Positions 15,813 through 25,921 of a DNA stretch of 32,000 bases are shown one piece after another. Positions within the stretch are counted from its first letter, which is position 1, and each line of letters begins with the position of its first letter. Both the position numbers and the translations under genes were made by a program. The notes beneath the pieces are model-generated. The model ran no database searches. It had not been told where the DNA came from and saw only the letters and a program-made list of their open reading frames with translations. The stretch lies in NCBI RefSeq assembly GCF_009734345.1, contig NZ_CP032551.1:2370001-2402000 (forward strand), given 5' to 3'. The stretch comes from Pseudidiomarina andamanensis. Its GTDB lineage: Bacteria; Pseudomonadota; Gammaproteobacteria; Enterobacterales; Alteromonadaceae.

Positions 15813-18542
15813 GTGCGCCGCATTCTCTCAATTACTGGCCTAGCCATGGTCATGCTATGGACAGGCCTTTTTGCATTTTCCCATTCTGCGCAGGCACAAG
15901 TTGCCGGCGTGACTCCGCAACAGCTCGAACAATTCAAGCAATTGCCTCGCGCTCAGCAGGAAATGCTGGCGCGTCAATATGGTTTTGATCTGTCGCTACT
16001 CGATTCACAAGGCGCAACAGGGAGCCGCACCAACGAAGAACCACAAACGGTATTTCCGCGAGGAACTACATTTGATGAAAACGGTGACCCGATTATTCCT
16101 GAAGACATTCGTGCCCAGTTTGCTGAAGATGAAGGCGTACCGAAGCCATTTGGTTATAAGCTATTCGCCGGTGAGCCAAGCACGTTTGCGCAAGTGACTG
16201 GAGCGCCCGTTCCTAGCAACTACGTTATTGGTGTGGGTGATACCATTTTGGTACAGCTATATGGTAAAGAGTCAAAATCGCATCAGTTGAAAGTTGACCG
16301 CCAAGGGTTAATAACTATTCCTGATCTTGGCCCAATTCAAGTGGCTGGCTTAACGTTTGACAAAATGCGCGAATTGGTTCAGCAAGAAGTGTCGCAGCGC
16401 CTCATTGGTATGCAAGCAGCAGTCAGCATGGGCGAACTGCGCTCTATTCAAATTTTTGTAATGGGTGAGGCACACAAACCGGGTGCTTATACGGTAAGTT
16501 CACTCACGACCATTACTCAGGCGTTGTTTGTCAGCGGCGGTGTGTCAGATATCGCCTCACTACGTAACGTGCAATTAAAACGCGATGGTGAAACCGTTGC
16601 GACGCTCGATCTCTACGATTTTCTCATTCATGGCAACATGGGCAACGACCGTCTATTGCAATCCGGCGATATGGTATTTATTCCATCGCGCGGTGCGATG
16701 GTGACCGTTCAAGGTGAAGTGGTTCGCCCTGCCATTTACGAATTAAAAAATGAAGAAAGCTTAGCCGAAGTGCTTGAGCTGGCGGGTGGTGTATTACCAA
16801 CAGCCTATAAAAAAGCAACGCGTATTGAGCGAGTGCGTGATGGCCGCCGTTTAGTCAGCACGGTTGATCTAGCCAATGCAAAATCGCTGAGCGTAGGCAA
16901 TGGTGACATTGTTGAAGTGCCGAAAGTTTCGAATGAAATTGTCGATTCAATCATGTTGGTCGGTGCCGTTGCACGTCCAGGCTACTATGAATTCAATGCT
17001 GGCATGAAAGTGTCAGACGTTATTACTGACATCAAAACCAGCCTGTTAAGCTATGCCGATTTAGGCTACGGCTTAATTGTGCGCGAGCGCGATAATCGCG
17101 GTAATATCGAATTGCACCAATTTGATGTGGCGGCAGCGGTTGAAGGTGAGGCCGAACACAACAAACAACTCAAAGCGCATGACCAGTTGGTAATTTTCTC
17201 GCGCTATGAAGATAAAAAACTTCAAGAACTCCAGTTAACAGACTGGATTGTCAGCGAAACCGAAAAGCAGCGCAAAGAGCGAGAGCAGTTGCTGAAAGAT
17301 TATCGTCAGAATTATCTGCGTGGTTTAGTCATTCAACAACAGCGCGAATTTGCTGATGAAGACGCCGAAACAGGTGAGTCGGAAGCACAACAAGAATTAC
17401 AAGGCTTGTTTACGCAACGTACACTTGATGATGAAATCAATGCGATGAAAATTCAGAAATATGCTGAATACTCGCGTAATAACTTATTGGAGCCAATTCT
17501 AACCAAGCTGCGTCATCAATTTAGTCAAAGTGGTAATTTGCCACTCGTGTATGTAGCGGGCGAAGTGAAATATCCAGGCGTGTATCCGTTAGTTGAAAAC
17601 GCTGATGCTTCAGATCTCGTCGCAGCAGCAGGTGGCTTGAAAGAGTCGGCCTACCTAGCTCGCGCTGAAATAACGCGTACGCAAGTAAAAGGCGGCGAAA
17701 CCGTTACAGATTACTTAAGTTTTAACTTATTTGACGCGTTAATGGGTAAGCAAAACTTGCCAGTAAAAGGGCGTGACAGCTTAAATATATTTGCCATTCC
17801 AGATTGGCAAAACACGTTAGAAGTCACGCTTGAAGGTGAAGTTAAATTTCCTGGCAAATATACCATTCGCCGCGGGGAAACGCTGACAGCGTTAATTGAG
17901 CGTGCCGGCGGTTTAACTGAATATGCTTTCCCGCGTGGTGCAATTTTCACTCGTGAAGAGTTGAAAGAGCTTGAGCGTCAACGTATGCAGGCACTTGCGC
18001 GTGAGCTTCAGCATGAAGTGGCAACGAATAGCATTACCGGCAATAACCAAAGCAACATGAGTTATTCTCAAACTCGCCAGCTTCTTAAAGATTTAATGGA
18101 AGTGGAACCGGTAGGGCGTTTAGTTATTGATTTGCCTTACGTTATGAGTGGCAGTATGAATGCCGATATTCAGTTGAAAGACGGTGATCGCTTGGTTATT
18201 CCTGCACAGCGTAATACGGTTAACGTCATTGGCGAAGTGCAATTAGCTAGCTCTTTCCTTTACGACGGAAGCTTGAATGTGGCGGACTACCTGCGTCGTG
18301 CCGGTGGTATGCGTAAGAAAGCTGACGAAGAGCGCATCTTCATTGTTAAGGCAAATGGTTCAGTGGAAATGGTTGAGCTCGGAGGCTGGTTCAGTTTAGC
18401 CTCAGACAACCGTCTTGAACCGGGCGATACCATTGTTGTTCCATTAGATACCGAGTACACCAACAATATGGAACTATGGCGCGATGCAACGCAAATTCTA
18501 TATCAAATTGGTGTAGCGCTAGCGGCGTTAACGGCCATCTAA
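15813..18542 (+). CDS. wza: Large outer-membrane polysaccharide export protein (OPX; Wza/OtnA(WbfF)-type with repeated SLBB domains)
   Basis: 909 aa with a GTG start after a GGAAGGAGA RBS. It has a signal peptide without a lipobox Cys, a Poly_export-like motif (YVIGVGDTILVQLYG), several GEV..PG.Y SLBB-like repeats, a charged coiled-coil insert around aa 470-560, and a C-terminal hydrophobic helix (ILYQIGVALAALTAI). Confidence 0.8.
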   Translation: MRRILSITGLAMVMLWTGLFAFSHSAQAQVAGVTPQQLEQFKQLPRAQQEMLARQYGFDLSLLDSQGATGSRTNEEPQTVFPRGTTFDENGDPIIPEDIRAQFAEDEGVPKPFGYKLFAGEPSTFAQVTGAPVPSNYVIGVGDTILVQLYGKESKSHQLKVDRQGLITIPDLGPIQVAGLTFDKMRELVQQEVSQRLIGMQAAVSMGELRSIQIFVMGEAHKPGAYTVSSLTTITQALFVSGGVSDIASLRNVQLKRDGETVATLDLYDFLIHGNMGNDRLLQSGDMVFIPSRGAMVTVQGEVVRPAIYELKNEESLAEVLELAGGVLPTAYKKATRIERVRDGRRLVSTVDLANAKSLSVGNGDIVEVPKVSNEIVDSIMLVGAVARPGYYEFNAGMKVSDVITDIKTSLLSYADLGYGLIVRERDNRGNIELHQFDVAAAVEGEAEHNKQLKAHDQLVIFSRYEDKKLQELQLTDWIVSETEKQRKEREQLLKDYRQNYLRGLVIQQQREFADEDAETGESEAQQELQGLFTQRTLDDEINAMKIQKYAEYSRNNLLEPILTKLRHQFSQSGNLPLVYVAGEVKYPGVYPLVENADASDLVAAAGGLKESAYLARAEITRTQVKGGETVTDYLSFNLFDALMGKQNLPVKGRDSLNIFAIPDWQNTLEVTLEGEVKFPGKYTIRRGETLTALIERAGGLTEYAFPRGAIFTREELKELERQRMQALARELQHEVATNSITGNNQSNMSYSQTRQLLKDLMEVEPVGRLVIDLPYVMSGSMNADIQLKDGDRLVIPAQRNTVNVIGEVQLASSFLYDGSLNVADYLRRAGGMRKKADEERIFIVKANGSVEMVELGGWFSLASDNRLEPGDTIVVPLDTEYTNNMELWRDATQILYQIGVALAALTAI

Positions 18543-18569
18543 CAGCTATCACTTGAGCACGGATGAACA

Positions 18570-20048
18570 ATGATTATAGAAAGTGACTTTCTAAATTTAG
18601 ATACCACTTACCAAGGCGTCGATATCGACGCCTTGCGTGACTTTGCTGACAAACGATTACCCCAAAACTTCGATAAATTAAGGGCTCAGCTCCTACGTGG
18701 CGAGTTTTATAATGCGTCGGAAGATCGGCATGTTAGCCATTGTTTGAATCGTTCAATTCACAACGTCGTCACTGCAGGAAACGGTAAAAATCGGTTCTGC
18801 ACCATCGTACGTGAACTGCGCGCAGGCAAATGGCTCGGCTCTACCGGTAAACCTATTAAGGACGTCGTTAACATTGGTGTTGGCGGTTCAGACCTAGGCC
18901 CAATGATGGGTAGCTTTGCGCTCAAAGAGTTTGCTGACGATAACAGCCTTCACCACTTGAGCGTGCACTTTGTGAGTTCAATGGATGGTGGCCAGTTGTA
19001 CGCCGTACTGCCAATTGTTGACCCCGAAACCACGTTATTCATCATTGCATCAAAAAGCTTCGGCACCATTGATACCTTAGCGAACGTAGATACGGTGCGT
19101 AAATGGATAGAACCAACGCTAACACAAGAGCAATGGCTCAGCCGCCATGTCATTGGGGTTTCAGCCAATAACCAAGCGATGACTGATTTTGGCATCCCTG
19201 CTGCACAGCAACTAAGTTTTGCAGAATCAGTCGGTGGGCGTTTCTCGCTGTGGTCAGCGATTGGCTTGCCGATTGCGCTAACCGTTGGCTCGAACCAGTT
19301 TGGACGTATGCTTGAAGGCGCCAAAGCCATGGATGAGCATTTCGCCAATGCGCCGCTTGAGCAAAACATTCCGCTGCAAATGGCACTTCTGGGCGTTTAT
19401 AACCGTGAAGTACGCGAGATTAATAATCTTGCTGTTTTGCCATACGATGGCCGTTTACGTTACTTACCGAGCTACCTGCAACAGCTCGATATGGAAAGTA
19501 ATGGCAAGCAGGTTGATTTTGAAGGCAATGCCATTGATTACCCAACCGGACCCATTATTTGGGGTGGTTTTGGACCCAATGGTCAACACGCATTCTTCCA
19601 ACACTTACACCAAGGCTATGACAAGTTCTGCGCTGACTTCGTGGCAGTATTAAAACGTGCCGCGCCTGACTTTGAACCGGCTGTTCAAGAAGGCCTAGCC
19701 GAACAGCAGCGCCTCGCTGTGGCGAATTGCTTAGCGCACCGACGCCTCATGTGGTTCGGTGCTGAAAACGGTGAAGCGCGTAACCATTATATTGGCAACC
19801 ACCCGTCGAATTTATTGTTTGTGGATGAGCTCACGCCACAAAGCTTTGGGGCGTTAATTGCTGCTTACGAGCATAAGGTTTTTACGCAAGGCGTGATTTG
19901 GAATTTGAATAGCTTTGATCAGCCGGGCGTGGAGAAGGGCAAGAAGCTTGCGAAGGAAGTTCTCAAGGTACTTGATGGCAAGTCTACGACGGAATTTGAC
20001 GTTTCAACAGACTCCGTTCTCGCTCGTTGTAAACGGACAGATGAATGA
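18570..20048 (+). CDS. pgi: Glucose-6-phosphate isomerase (short, divergent N-terminus)
   Basis: 492 aa with conserved motifs NIGVGGSDLGP, GGRFSLWSAIG, MESNGK, GPNGQHAFFQ, YEHKVFTQG and GVEKGK. It is about 55 aa shorter than E. coli Pgi at the N-terminus. Confidence 0.85.
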   Translation: MIIESDFLNLDTTYQGVDIDALRDFADKRLPQNFDKLRAQLLRGEFYNASEDRHVSHCLNRSIHNVVTAGNGKNRFCTIVRELRAGKWLGSTGKPIKDVVNIGVGGSDLGPMMGSFALKEFADDNSLHHLSVHFVSSMDGGQLYAVLPIVDPETTLFIIASKSFGTIDTLANVDTVRKWIEPTLTQEQWLSRHVIGVSANNQAMTDFGIPAAQQLSFAESVGGRFSLWSAIGLPIALTVGSNQFGRMLEGAKAMDEHFANAPLEQNIPLQMALLGVYNREVREINNLAVLPYDGRLRYLPSYLQQLDMESNGKQVDFEGNAIDYPTGPIIWGGFGPNGQHAFFQHLHQGYDKFCADFVAVLKRAAPDFEPAVQEGLAEQQRLAVANCLAHRRLMWFGAENGEARNHYIGNHPSNLLFVDELTPQSFGALIAAYEHKVFTQGVIWNLNSFDQPGVEKGKKLAKEVLKVLDGKSTTEFDVSTDSVLARCKRTDE

Positions 20049-20986
20049 GTGATACAACATTAAAAAGCGCTTCTCTTTCGATAATCATACCAGCATACAA
20101 TGCTGAGGATTATATCGAAGAAACGCTTGATTCGATAAATAAGCAATCACAGCTACCCGAAGAGATAATCATTGTTGATGATGGCAGCAACGATAGAACT
20201 TGTGAGATTATTCGATCTCATAAATTGATCGATAAGATAAAACTTATAAGTACTGAAAATCGGGGACAAGGTATCGCAAGAAATCTCGGTGTGCGTGAGT
20301 CCTCTAGCGACTATTTATACTTTTTTGACTCGGATGATTTGATAGCTTGTAACTTTGTCCGAGATATCAAAAAGAAACTTAGTCAGAGTAATGATATTGA
20401 CCTTGTTTTTTTCTCAGGAGAGTCATTTCTTGACAAAAATTTAGCGAAATCAAAGTTTCAACCTCGCAGTTATTTACGACCGTTTAAGCTCGATATAGCA
20501 AGTCAACATGAGTTCTTAACTCATATGGTGGCAAACGAAGAACTTTCTTGCAGCCCTTGTTTGTATGTAAGTAAACGCTCGCTATGGTTAGAAAATAATA
20601 TTCAATTTAATTGTTATTTTCATGAGGACGAAGAAGTCTTATACCCATTAATATTCTCTGCAAAAAAATTGAGCATCCTGAATGATGTTTACTTTTTTAG
20701 GCGAATTCGTTCAAACTCAACCATGACCGGTATAAAAACAATAAAGCATACGCTTGGATATGCGGAAGTTTTGAATTCCACAATAAGGTTGTTAAAAGAG
20801 AATAAAAGCGATTCAATGCGAGCTCTATTAATTAGGAGAAGATTAGGTCTATTTGCTCCATCATATGTAGTTGCTGCGAGATGCTCGGAGTCTAGTCTGG
20901 ACGCAAGATTGCTTTGCTTGTCATTGATAAAGTCGCGATCAATAAAGTCGGCTCTTAAGGCTCTTTTTTTCTTAGTGACTAAGTAA
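20045..20986 (+). CDS. Glycosyltransferase family 2
   Basis: It contains LSIIIPAYNAEDYIEETL...EIIIVDDGSNDRT and FFDSDD. The start overlaps the pgi stop (ATGA). Confidence 0.8.
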   Translation: MSDTTLKSASLSIIIPAYNAEDYIEETLDSINKQSQLPEEIIIVDDGSNDRTCEIIRSHKLIDKIKLISTENRGQGIARNLGVRESSSDYLYFFDSDDLIACNFVRDIKKKLSQSNDIDLVFFSGESFLDKNLAKSKFQPRSYLRPFKLDIASQHEFLTHMVANEELSCSPCLYVSKRSLWLENNIQFNCYFHEDEEVLYPLIFSAKKLSILNDVYFFRRIRSNSTMTGIKTIKHTLGYAEVLNSTIRLLKENKSDSMRALLIRRRLGLFAPSYVVAARCSESSLDARLLCLSLIKSRSIKSALKALFFLVTK

Positions 20987-21029
20987 TTAACCTTGGATAT
21001 TTATAGTTAACGACGATGGGAATAGTTTT

Positions 21030-21887
21030 GTGAAAAATATTTTAGGAAAAATCTCCGATCAAATTACATATCGGAAGAATCAAAGCAAGTTACCAATATT
21101 CTATTTCGATCGTACGTTAAACGTTGGTGATATTCTCAATCCCTATTTGATTTCGAAGGTTGCGGGGAAAGATACATTTTTAACCAAGCATCGTACCCAC
21201 GCGCATTTGCTTGCTATAGGCAGTATTATGCATTTTGGAACTGAGCACAGCCATGTATGGGGAAGCGGAATAATAGAAAGTGGTCAACTCCCATCCGATT
21301 CCATTCTCAAAAGAATGAAATTTTATGCCGTTCGTGGAGAATCAACGAAACAACTTTTGCAGGAGCGAGGTGTTTCGCTAGGAAATCTGCCACTCGGAGA
21401 CCCAGCAGTACTTACATCGGATTTCTACTCTCCTAAACGGAGCGATAAGCGGTATAAAGTTGGAATTGTTCCGCACTTTGTCGATTTTGATAATCAGATT
21501 TTTGATGAACTAAAAGAGAATCATGACATTCGCATAATTGATGTACGACAACATCCCGAATCATTCATCGATCAACTTTGCTCTTGCGATCATGTAATTT
21601 CTTCATCACTTCATGGCCTAATTTTGGCGGACACTTATAACATTCCAAATGCTTGGATTAGGTTTAGTGATAGGGTCATCGGTGGTAATTTTAAGTTTTT
21701 GGATTATTACAGCACTACGGATATGGGATTAGATCGTGAACGTCTTAGCCAACTTCAGCCGAAAATTATTAATGACCGGGTAACGCTGAATCAGATTCTT
21801 ACAAATATCGAAAGTGTTTGTCGTATTAATAAATACATATTTGATAAGAAAAGGTTAATGGACTCTTTCCCCAATGTGTTTATTTAG
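21030..21887 (+). CDS. Polysaccharide pyruvyl transferase family protein
   Basis: 285 aa with a GTG start, N-terminal NVGDILNPYLI, and a C-terminal VISSSLHGLILADTYNIPNAWI motif characteristic of the PS_pyruv_trans family (WcaK/CsaB-like). Confidence 0.65.
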   Translation: MKNILGKISDQITYRKNQSKLPIFYFDRTLNVGDILNPYLISKVAGKDTFLTKHRTHAHLLAIGSIMHFGTEHSHVWGSGIIESGQLPSDSILKRMKFYAVRGESTKQLLQERGVSLGNLPLGDPAVLTSDFYSPKRSDKRYKVGIVPHFVDFDNQIFDELKENHDIRIIDVRQHPESFIDQLCSCDHVISSSLHGLILADTYNIPNAWIRFSDRVIGGNFKFLDYYSTTDMGLDRERLSQLQPKIINDRVTLNQILTNIESVCRINKYIFDKKRLMDSFPNVFI

Positions 21888-21968
21888 TTAATATATTGTT
21901 GTATTTGCGGCTGGCAACAGATTCTCTAATCATTACCAAAATAATTAGATAGCGAGTAATTTTTACAA

Positions 21969-23039
21969 ATGAAAATTTTAATTACAGGCGGCGCCGGCTT
22001 TATAGGCTCTGCGGTTATACGGCATATAATTCAAGAAACACAGCACGAAGTAATCAATGTCGATAAGCTAACTTATGCCGGTAATTTGGAAAATCTAACC
22101 TCGGTTGTAGACTCCAGTCGTTATATTTTTGAAAAAGTTGATATTTGTGACCGAGTCAATCTCGATCGTGTGTTTTCTGAATACAAACCAGATGCTGTGA
22201 TGCATTTGGCGGCAGAAAGCCATGTAGATCGTTCCATTGACGGACCTGCAGCCTTTATTCAAACGAATATCGTTGGTACTTATACATTGCTAGAAGCTGC
22301 GAGGAATTACTGGTCTAAGCTGGACACTAAAGAAAAGGAAGATTTTCGATTCCATCACATTTCCACTGACGAAGTGTACGGTGACTTGGAAGATACCGGG
22401 GAACTGTTTACCGAATCAACGCCTTATTCACCGAGCTCACCGTATTCTGCAAGTAAGGCTAGTTCAGATCATCTAGTCAGAGCTTGGCATCGAACATACG
22501 GATTACCTATTCTCATTACCAACTGCTCTAATAACTATGGACCATATCATTTTCCGGAAAAATTAATTCCACTAATGATTCTAAATGCTCTAGAGGGAAA
22601 GCCTCTTCCGGTTTACGGAAAAGGTCATCAGATTAGAGATTGGTTATATGTTGAAGATCATGCGCGTGCATTATTAACGGTTCTCACCCAAGGAAAAGTC
22701 AGTGAAACCTATAATATCGGTGGACACAATGAAAAGCAGAACATTTCAGTTGTAAGGACAATCTGCAGTTTGCTGGAAGAATTAACTCCTCAAAAACCGA
22801 ATGGTGTCGAACGTTTTGAAGACCTAATTACTTATGTAAAAGATCGCCCCGGGCATGACCTTCGATACGCTATTGATGCGACGAAATTAGAAAAAGAACT
22901 TAATTGGACGCCCCTTGAAACTTTTGAGTCAGGTTTAAGAAAAACAGTTAAATGGTACTTAGATAATCTTGAGTGGTGTAAGAATGTACAAGACGGTAGT
23001 TATCAACGCGAACGTTTAGGAAAAGGTGAGACCACATGA
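21969..23039 (+). CDS. rfbB: dTDP-glucose 4,6-dehydratase
   Basis: It contains [24 protein letters not shown] and [15 protein letters not shown] (YxxxK). Length is 356 aa. Confidence 0.93.
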   Translation: MKILITGGAGFIGSAVIRHIIQETQHEVINVDKLTYAGNLENLTSVVDSSRYIFEKVDICDRVNLDRVFSEYKPDAVMHLAAESHVDRSIDGPAAFIQTNIVGTYTLLEAARNYWSKLDTKEKEDFRFHHISTDEVYGDLEDTGELFTESTPYSPSSPYSASKASSDHLVRAWHRTYGLPILITNCSNNYGPYHFPEKLIPLMILNALEGKPLPVYGKGHQIRDWLYVEDHARALLTVLTQGKVSETYNIGGHNEKQNISVVRTICSLLEELTPQKPNGVERFEDLITYVKDRPGHDLRYAIDATKLEKELNWTPLETFESGLRKTVKWYLDNLEWCKNVQDGSYQRERLGKGETT

Positions 23040-23905
23040 AAGGTATCGTTTTAGCTGGAGGATCTGGCACCCGTTTATATCCGATAACTTTAGGCGTATC
23101 TAAGCAGTTATTACCTATTTACGATAAGCCAATGATTTATTACCCACTATCTGTGTTGATGTTGGCAGGAATTAATGAAGTTTTAATAATTTCAACACCT
23201 GAAGATTTACCTAACTTTAAAAAGTTACTTAATGACGGGTCACAATTTGGTATCAAATTATCTTACGCTGAGCAACCTAGCCCTGATGGTTTAGCGCAAG
23301 CGTTTATTATAGGCGAAGAATTTATCGGTGATGATAGTGTTTGTTTAGTGCTAGGGGATAATATCTTTTATGGTCAAGGTTTTAGTCCAAAACTAAAACA
23401 TGCCGCTAGTAAAGCAACTGGGGCAACAGTATTTGGGTATCAAGTAAAAGATCCTGAGCGATTTGGCGTAGTTGCGTTTGATGAGAATCATCGTGCTATA
23501 TCTATTGAAGAAAAGCCTAGAGAGCCGAAATCTAATTTCGCTGTAACCGGACTTTACTTCTATGATAATGATGTGATTCAAATTGCTAAGAGAGTAAAAC
23601 CATCGCTTCGAGGTGAATTAGAAATTACTAGCGTAAATCAGGCTTATTTAGAGCGTGGCGATTTAAATGTTGAGGTGTTGGGTCGCGGTTTCGCATGGTT
23701 AGATACTGGTACTCACGAAAGCCTTTTGGAAGCCGCACAGTTCGTCGAAACAATTGAAAAACGCCAAGGCTACAAAGTAGCCTGCTTAGAGGAGATTGGC
23801 TATTTACAAGGCTGGTTAAGCTGGGAGCAGTTACAACAGACAGGAAAAAATCTTGCTAAAAATGGCTATGGTCAATACTTATTGAGCCTAAAACAGCGTA
23901 TATAA
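23036..23905 (+). CDS. rfbA: Glucose-1-phosphate thymidylyltransferase
   Basis: It contains [36 protein letters not shown]. Length is 289 aa. The start overlaps the rfbB stop. Confidence 0.93.
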   Translation: MKGIVLAGGSGTRLYPITLGVSKQLLPIYDKPMIYYPLSVLMLAGINEVLIISTPEDLPNFKKLLNDGSQFGIKLSYAEQPSPDGLAQAFIIGEEFIGDDSVCLVLGDNIFYGQGFSPKLKHAASKATGATVFGYQVKDPERFGVVAFDENHRAISIEEKPREPKSNFAVTGLYFYDNDVIQIAKRVKPSLRGELEITSVNQAYLERGDLNVEVLGRGFAWLDTGTHESLLEAAQFVETIEKRQGYKVACLEEIGYLQGWLSWEQLQQTGKNLAKNGYGQYLLSLKQRI

Positions 23906-23914
23906 GGAAATAAA

Positions 23915-25030
23915 ATGATACCTGTTACAAAACCTTTCCTGCCGAACCGCGAAAAGCTTGATAAATATATAGATGGCATCTACGAACGAGAGTGGTTGAC
24001 CAATAACGGCCCGTTAGTACAAGAGTTGACAAAACGTTTAGAAGAGTATTTGGGTGTCGAAAACTTGCTGTTAGTTTCAAATGGCACACTGGCACTTCAG
24101 ATTGCATATCGCGCATTAGGAATTCATGAGAGTAAAAGCGCTAAGGTTGCTGAAGCAATTACTACACCTTTTACGTTTGTAGCTACAGCCAGCTCGTTAA
24201 AGTGGGAGGGTATAGAGCCAATATTTGCAGATATTGACCCGGAAACTTGGTGCCTAAATCCTCAAGGTATCGAACAGAAAATAACTGAGCAAACGGTTGC
24301 TATAGTTCCAGTGCACGTTTATGGAAATGCTTGTGACGTAGAGGCTATAGAAGCTCTTGCGAGAAGACAGAATTTAAAGGTTATTTATGATGCTGCTCAC
24401 GCTTTTGGTGTGAAATACAAAGGGGAAAGCATACTTCGTTGGGGTGACGCAGCAACGTTGAGCTTTCACGCAACAAAGGTGTTCCATAGCATTGAAGGAG
24501 GAGCTATTGTCTTCAAGCATCGAGAGGATATGGAGCGTGCAAAGCGGTTGATGAGTTTCGGAATGACGGGGCCTGAGACTATTTCGGATGTTGGTATAAA
24601 CGCTAAAATGAATGAGTTTCAAGCAGCAATGGGTCTTTGTGTTCTTGATGAAATAGACGAAAATATCAAAGCGCGAGAAAGGCATTGGTATCGATATCAA
24701 AATGAGCTTACTTCGAGTGCGATACTGCAACGGCTAAATAACGTAAGTGACTATAATTTTGCATATTTTCCAGTGCTGTTTAGAAGCAAGGAAGAGCTAC
24801 TACATGTGAGCAGCGGGTTGGCAGATAAGGGAATTATCGCTAGACGGTATTTTTATCCATCTTTGAACGAGTTGGAGATATTCGGGGCTGATTTAACTTT
24901 GCCAATATCTTCCGGTATTGCAGAAAGAATTTTGTGTCTACCAATTTATGCTGGACTAGATGCTAATGACGTGAACTCGATAATAGATATTGTTAAACGT
25001 TTAACTTCAACTTATAAGGAAATGCAGTGA
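23915..25030 (+). CDS. DegT/DnrJ/EryC1-family PLP sugar aminotransferase, likely dTDP-4-keto-6-deoxy-D-glucose 4-aminotransferase (VioA/WecE-type; C4 stereochemistry unresolved)
   Basis: 371 aa with N-terminus IPVTKPFLP...WLTNNGP and the PLP-lysine motif SFHATKVFHSIEGG. It lies directly downstream of rfbB-rfbA. No rmlC/rmlD or 3,4-isomerase is present. Confidence 0.85.
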   Translation: MIPVTKPFLPNREKLDKYIDGIYEREWLTNNGPLVQELTKRLEEYLGVENLLLVSNGTLALQIAYRALGIHESKSAKVAEAITTPFTFVATASSLKWEGIEPIFADIDPETWCLNPQGIEQKITEQTVAIVPVHVYGNACDVEAIEALARRQNLKVIYDAAHAFGVKYKGESILRWGDAATLSFHATKVFHSIEGGAIVFKHREDMERAKRLMSFGMTGPETISDVGINAKMNEFQAAMGLCVLDEIDENIKARERHWYRYQNELTSSAILQRLNNVSDYNFAYFPVLFRSKEELLHVSSGLADKGIIARRYFYPSLNELEIFGADLTLPISSGIAERILCLPIYAGLDANDVNSIIDIVKRLTSTYKEMQ

Positions 25031-25905
25031 GTAAAAATAAATCATCATTAACAAATTTCGATGAATGCTCACCGTTTTTCATTTTAGGAAACCCGCGCTC
25101 AGGCACTTCAATGTTTCGAATGATGTTGAACAGCCACCCTGAGATGGTCGTGCCGCCAGAATGCGGTTTTTTGGAGTGGTTACATTCTGATTTTTCTGAT
25201 TTCTCACCAGAGACTAAAGGTTACGAACAGTTTGCTAAAAGCGTATGTGCTTCTAAAAAATTTGAAACTTGGGGGGTTGAGTACTCGCAATTGTTAGAGA
25301 CTTTGGTCGAGTATTCTCCTCAGAATTATCGCGAGTTGTGTCTGTGCGTTTATCTGTCGTATGCGAAAAAAATTGGGAAAAGAGCTATTCGTGTTGGTGA
25401 TAAAAATAATTATTACATGAAGCGATTAAATGTTTTGGACGATAGATTCCCTCTGTCGAAAAAGGTTTTCATCTTACGAGATGGACGAGACGTGGCATGC
25501 TCCTATTTAAAACTAAATGAAGTTAAAACGACTTCCGAATATTATCCAAATCTGTCATCAAATATTCGAGAAATTGCTGAAGAATGGCGGGTAAATGCCG
25601 AATCAGCAGCCGCTTACGAAAAATCAGGTGCCCTTGTTGTCAAGTATGAAGATTTATTGTCGCAAGCGGATGTGGTTCTCAAAGAAGTGTGTTCTTACCT
25701 ATCAATTTATTATTCGGAAAGCATGTTGGATTTTGCGCAAAACAATGATGAACCAGTCAGCTTTTTGCAGTGGAAAGGAAAGACCACTTTGGACATTCAA
25801 TCTGATAATAAAGGGAATTATAAGACGATATTATCGGATACCGAGTGTGCTGAGTTTGAGGATGTTGCTGGTCAAATGCTCAAATTTCATGGATATATGT
25901 CGTGA
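25027..25905 (+). CDS. Sulfotransferase-domain protein (PAPS-dependent)
   Basis: It has a 5'-PSB-like loop GNPRSGTSMF near the N-terminus and a 3'-PB-like motif ILRDGRDVACSY. The GTG start overlaps the aminotransferase stop (GTGA). Confidence 0.75.
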   Translation: MSKNKSSLTNFDECSPFFILGNPRSGTSMFRMMLNSHPEMVVPPECGFLEWLHSDFSDFSPETKGYEQFAKSVCASKKFETWGVEYSQLLETLVEYSPQNYRELCLCVYLSYAKKIGKRAIRVGDKNNYYMKRLNVLDDRFPLSKKVFILRDGRDVACSYLKLNEVKTTSEYYPNLSSNIREIAEEWRVNAESAAAYEKSGALVVKYEDLLSQADVVLKEVCSYLSIYYSESMLDFAQNNDEPVSFLQWKGKTTLDIQSDNKGNYKTILSDTECAEFEDVAGQMLKFHGYMS

Positions 25906-25921
25906 AAAATCAAAGTAGCCA

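Noticed and set aside
18570-20048. The short pgi was considered as a truncated pseudogene.
   Set aside because: The ORF is uninterrupted, all catalytic motifs I can recall are intact, and it is translationally coupled to the next gene. The upstream sequence is occupied by the OPX gene, so no lost N-terminal coding remnant is visible.
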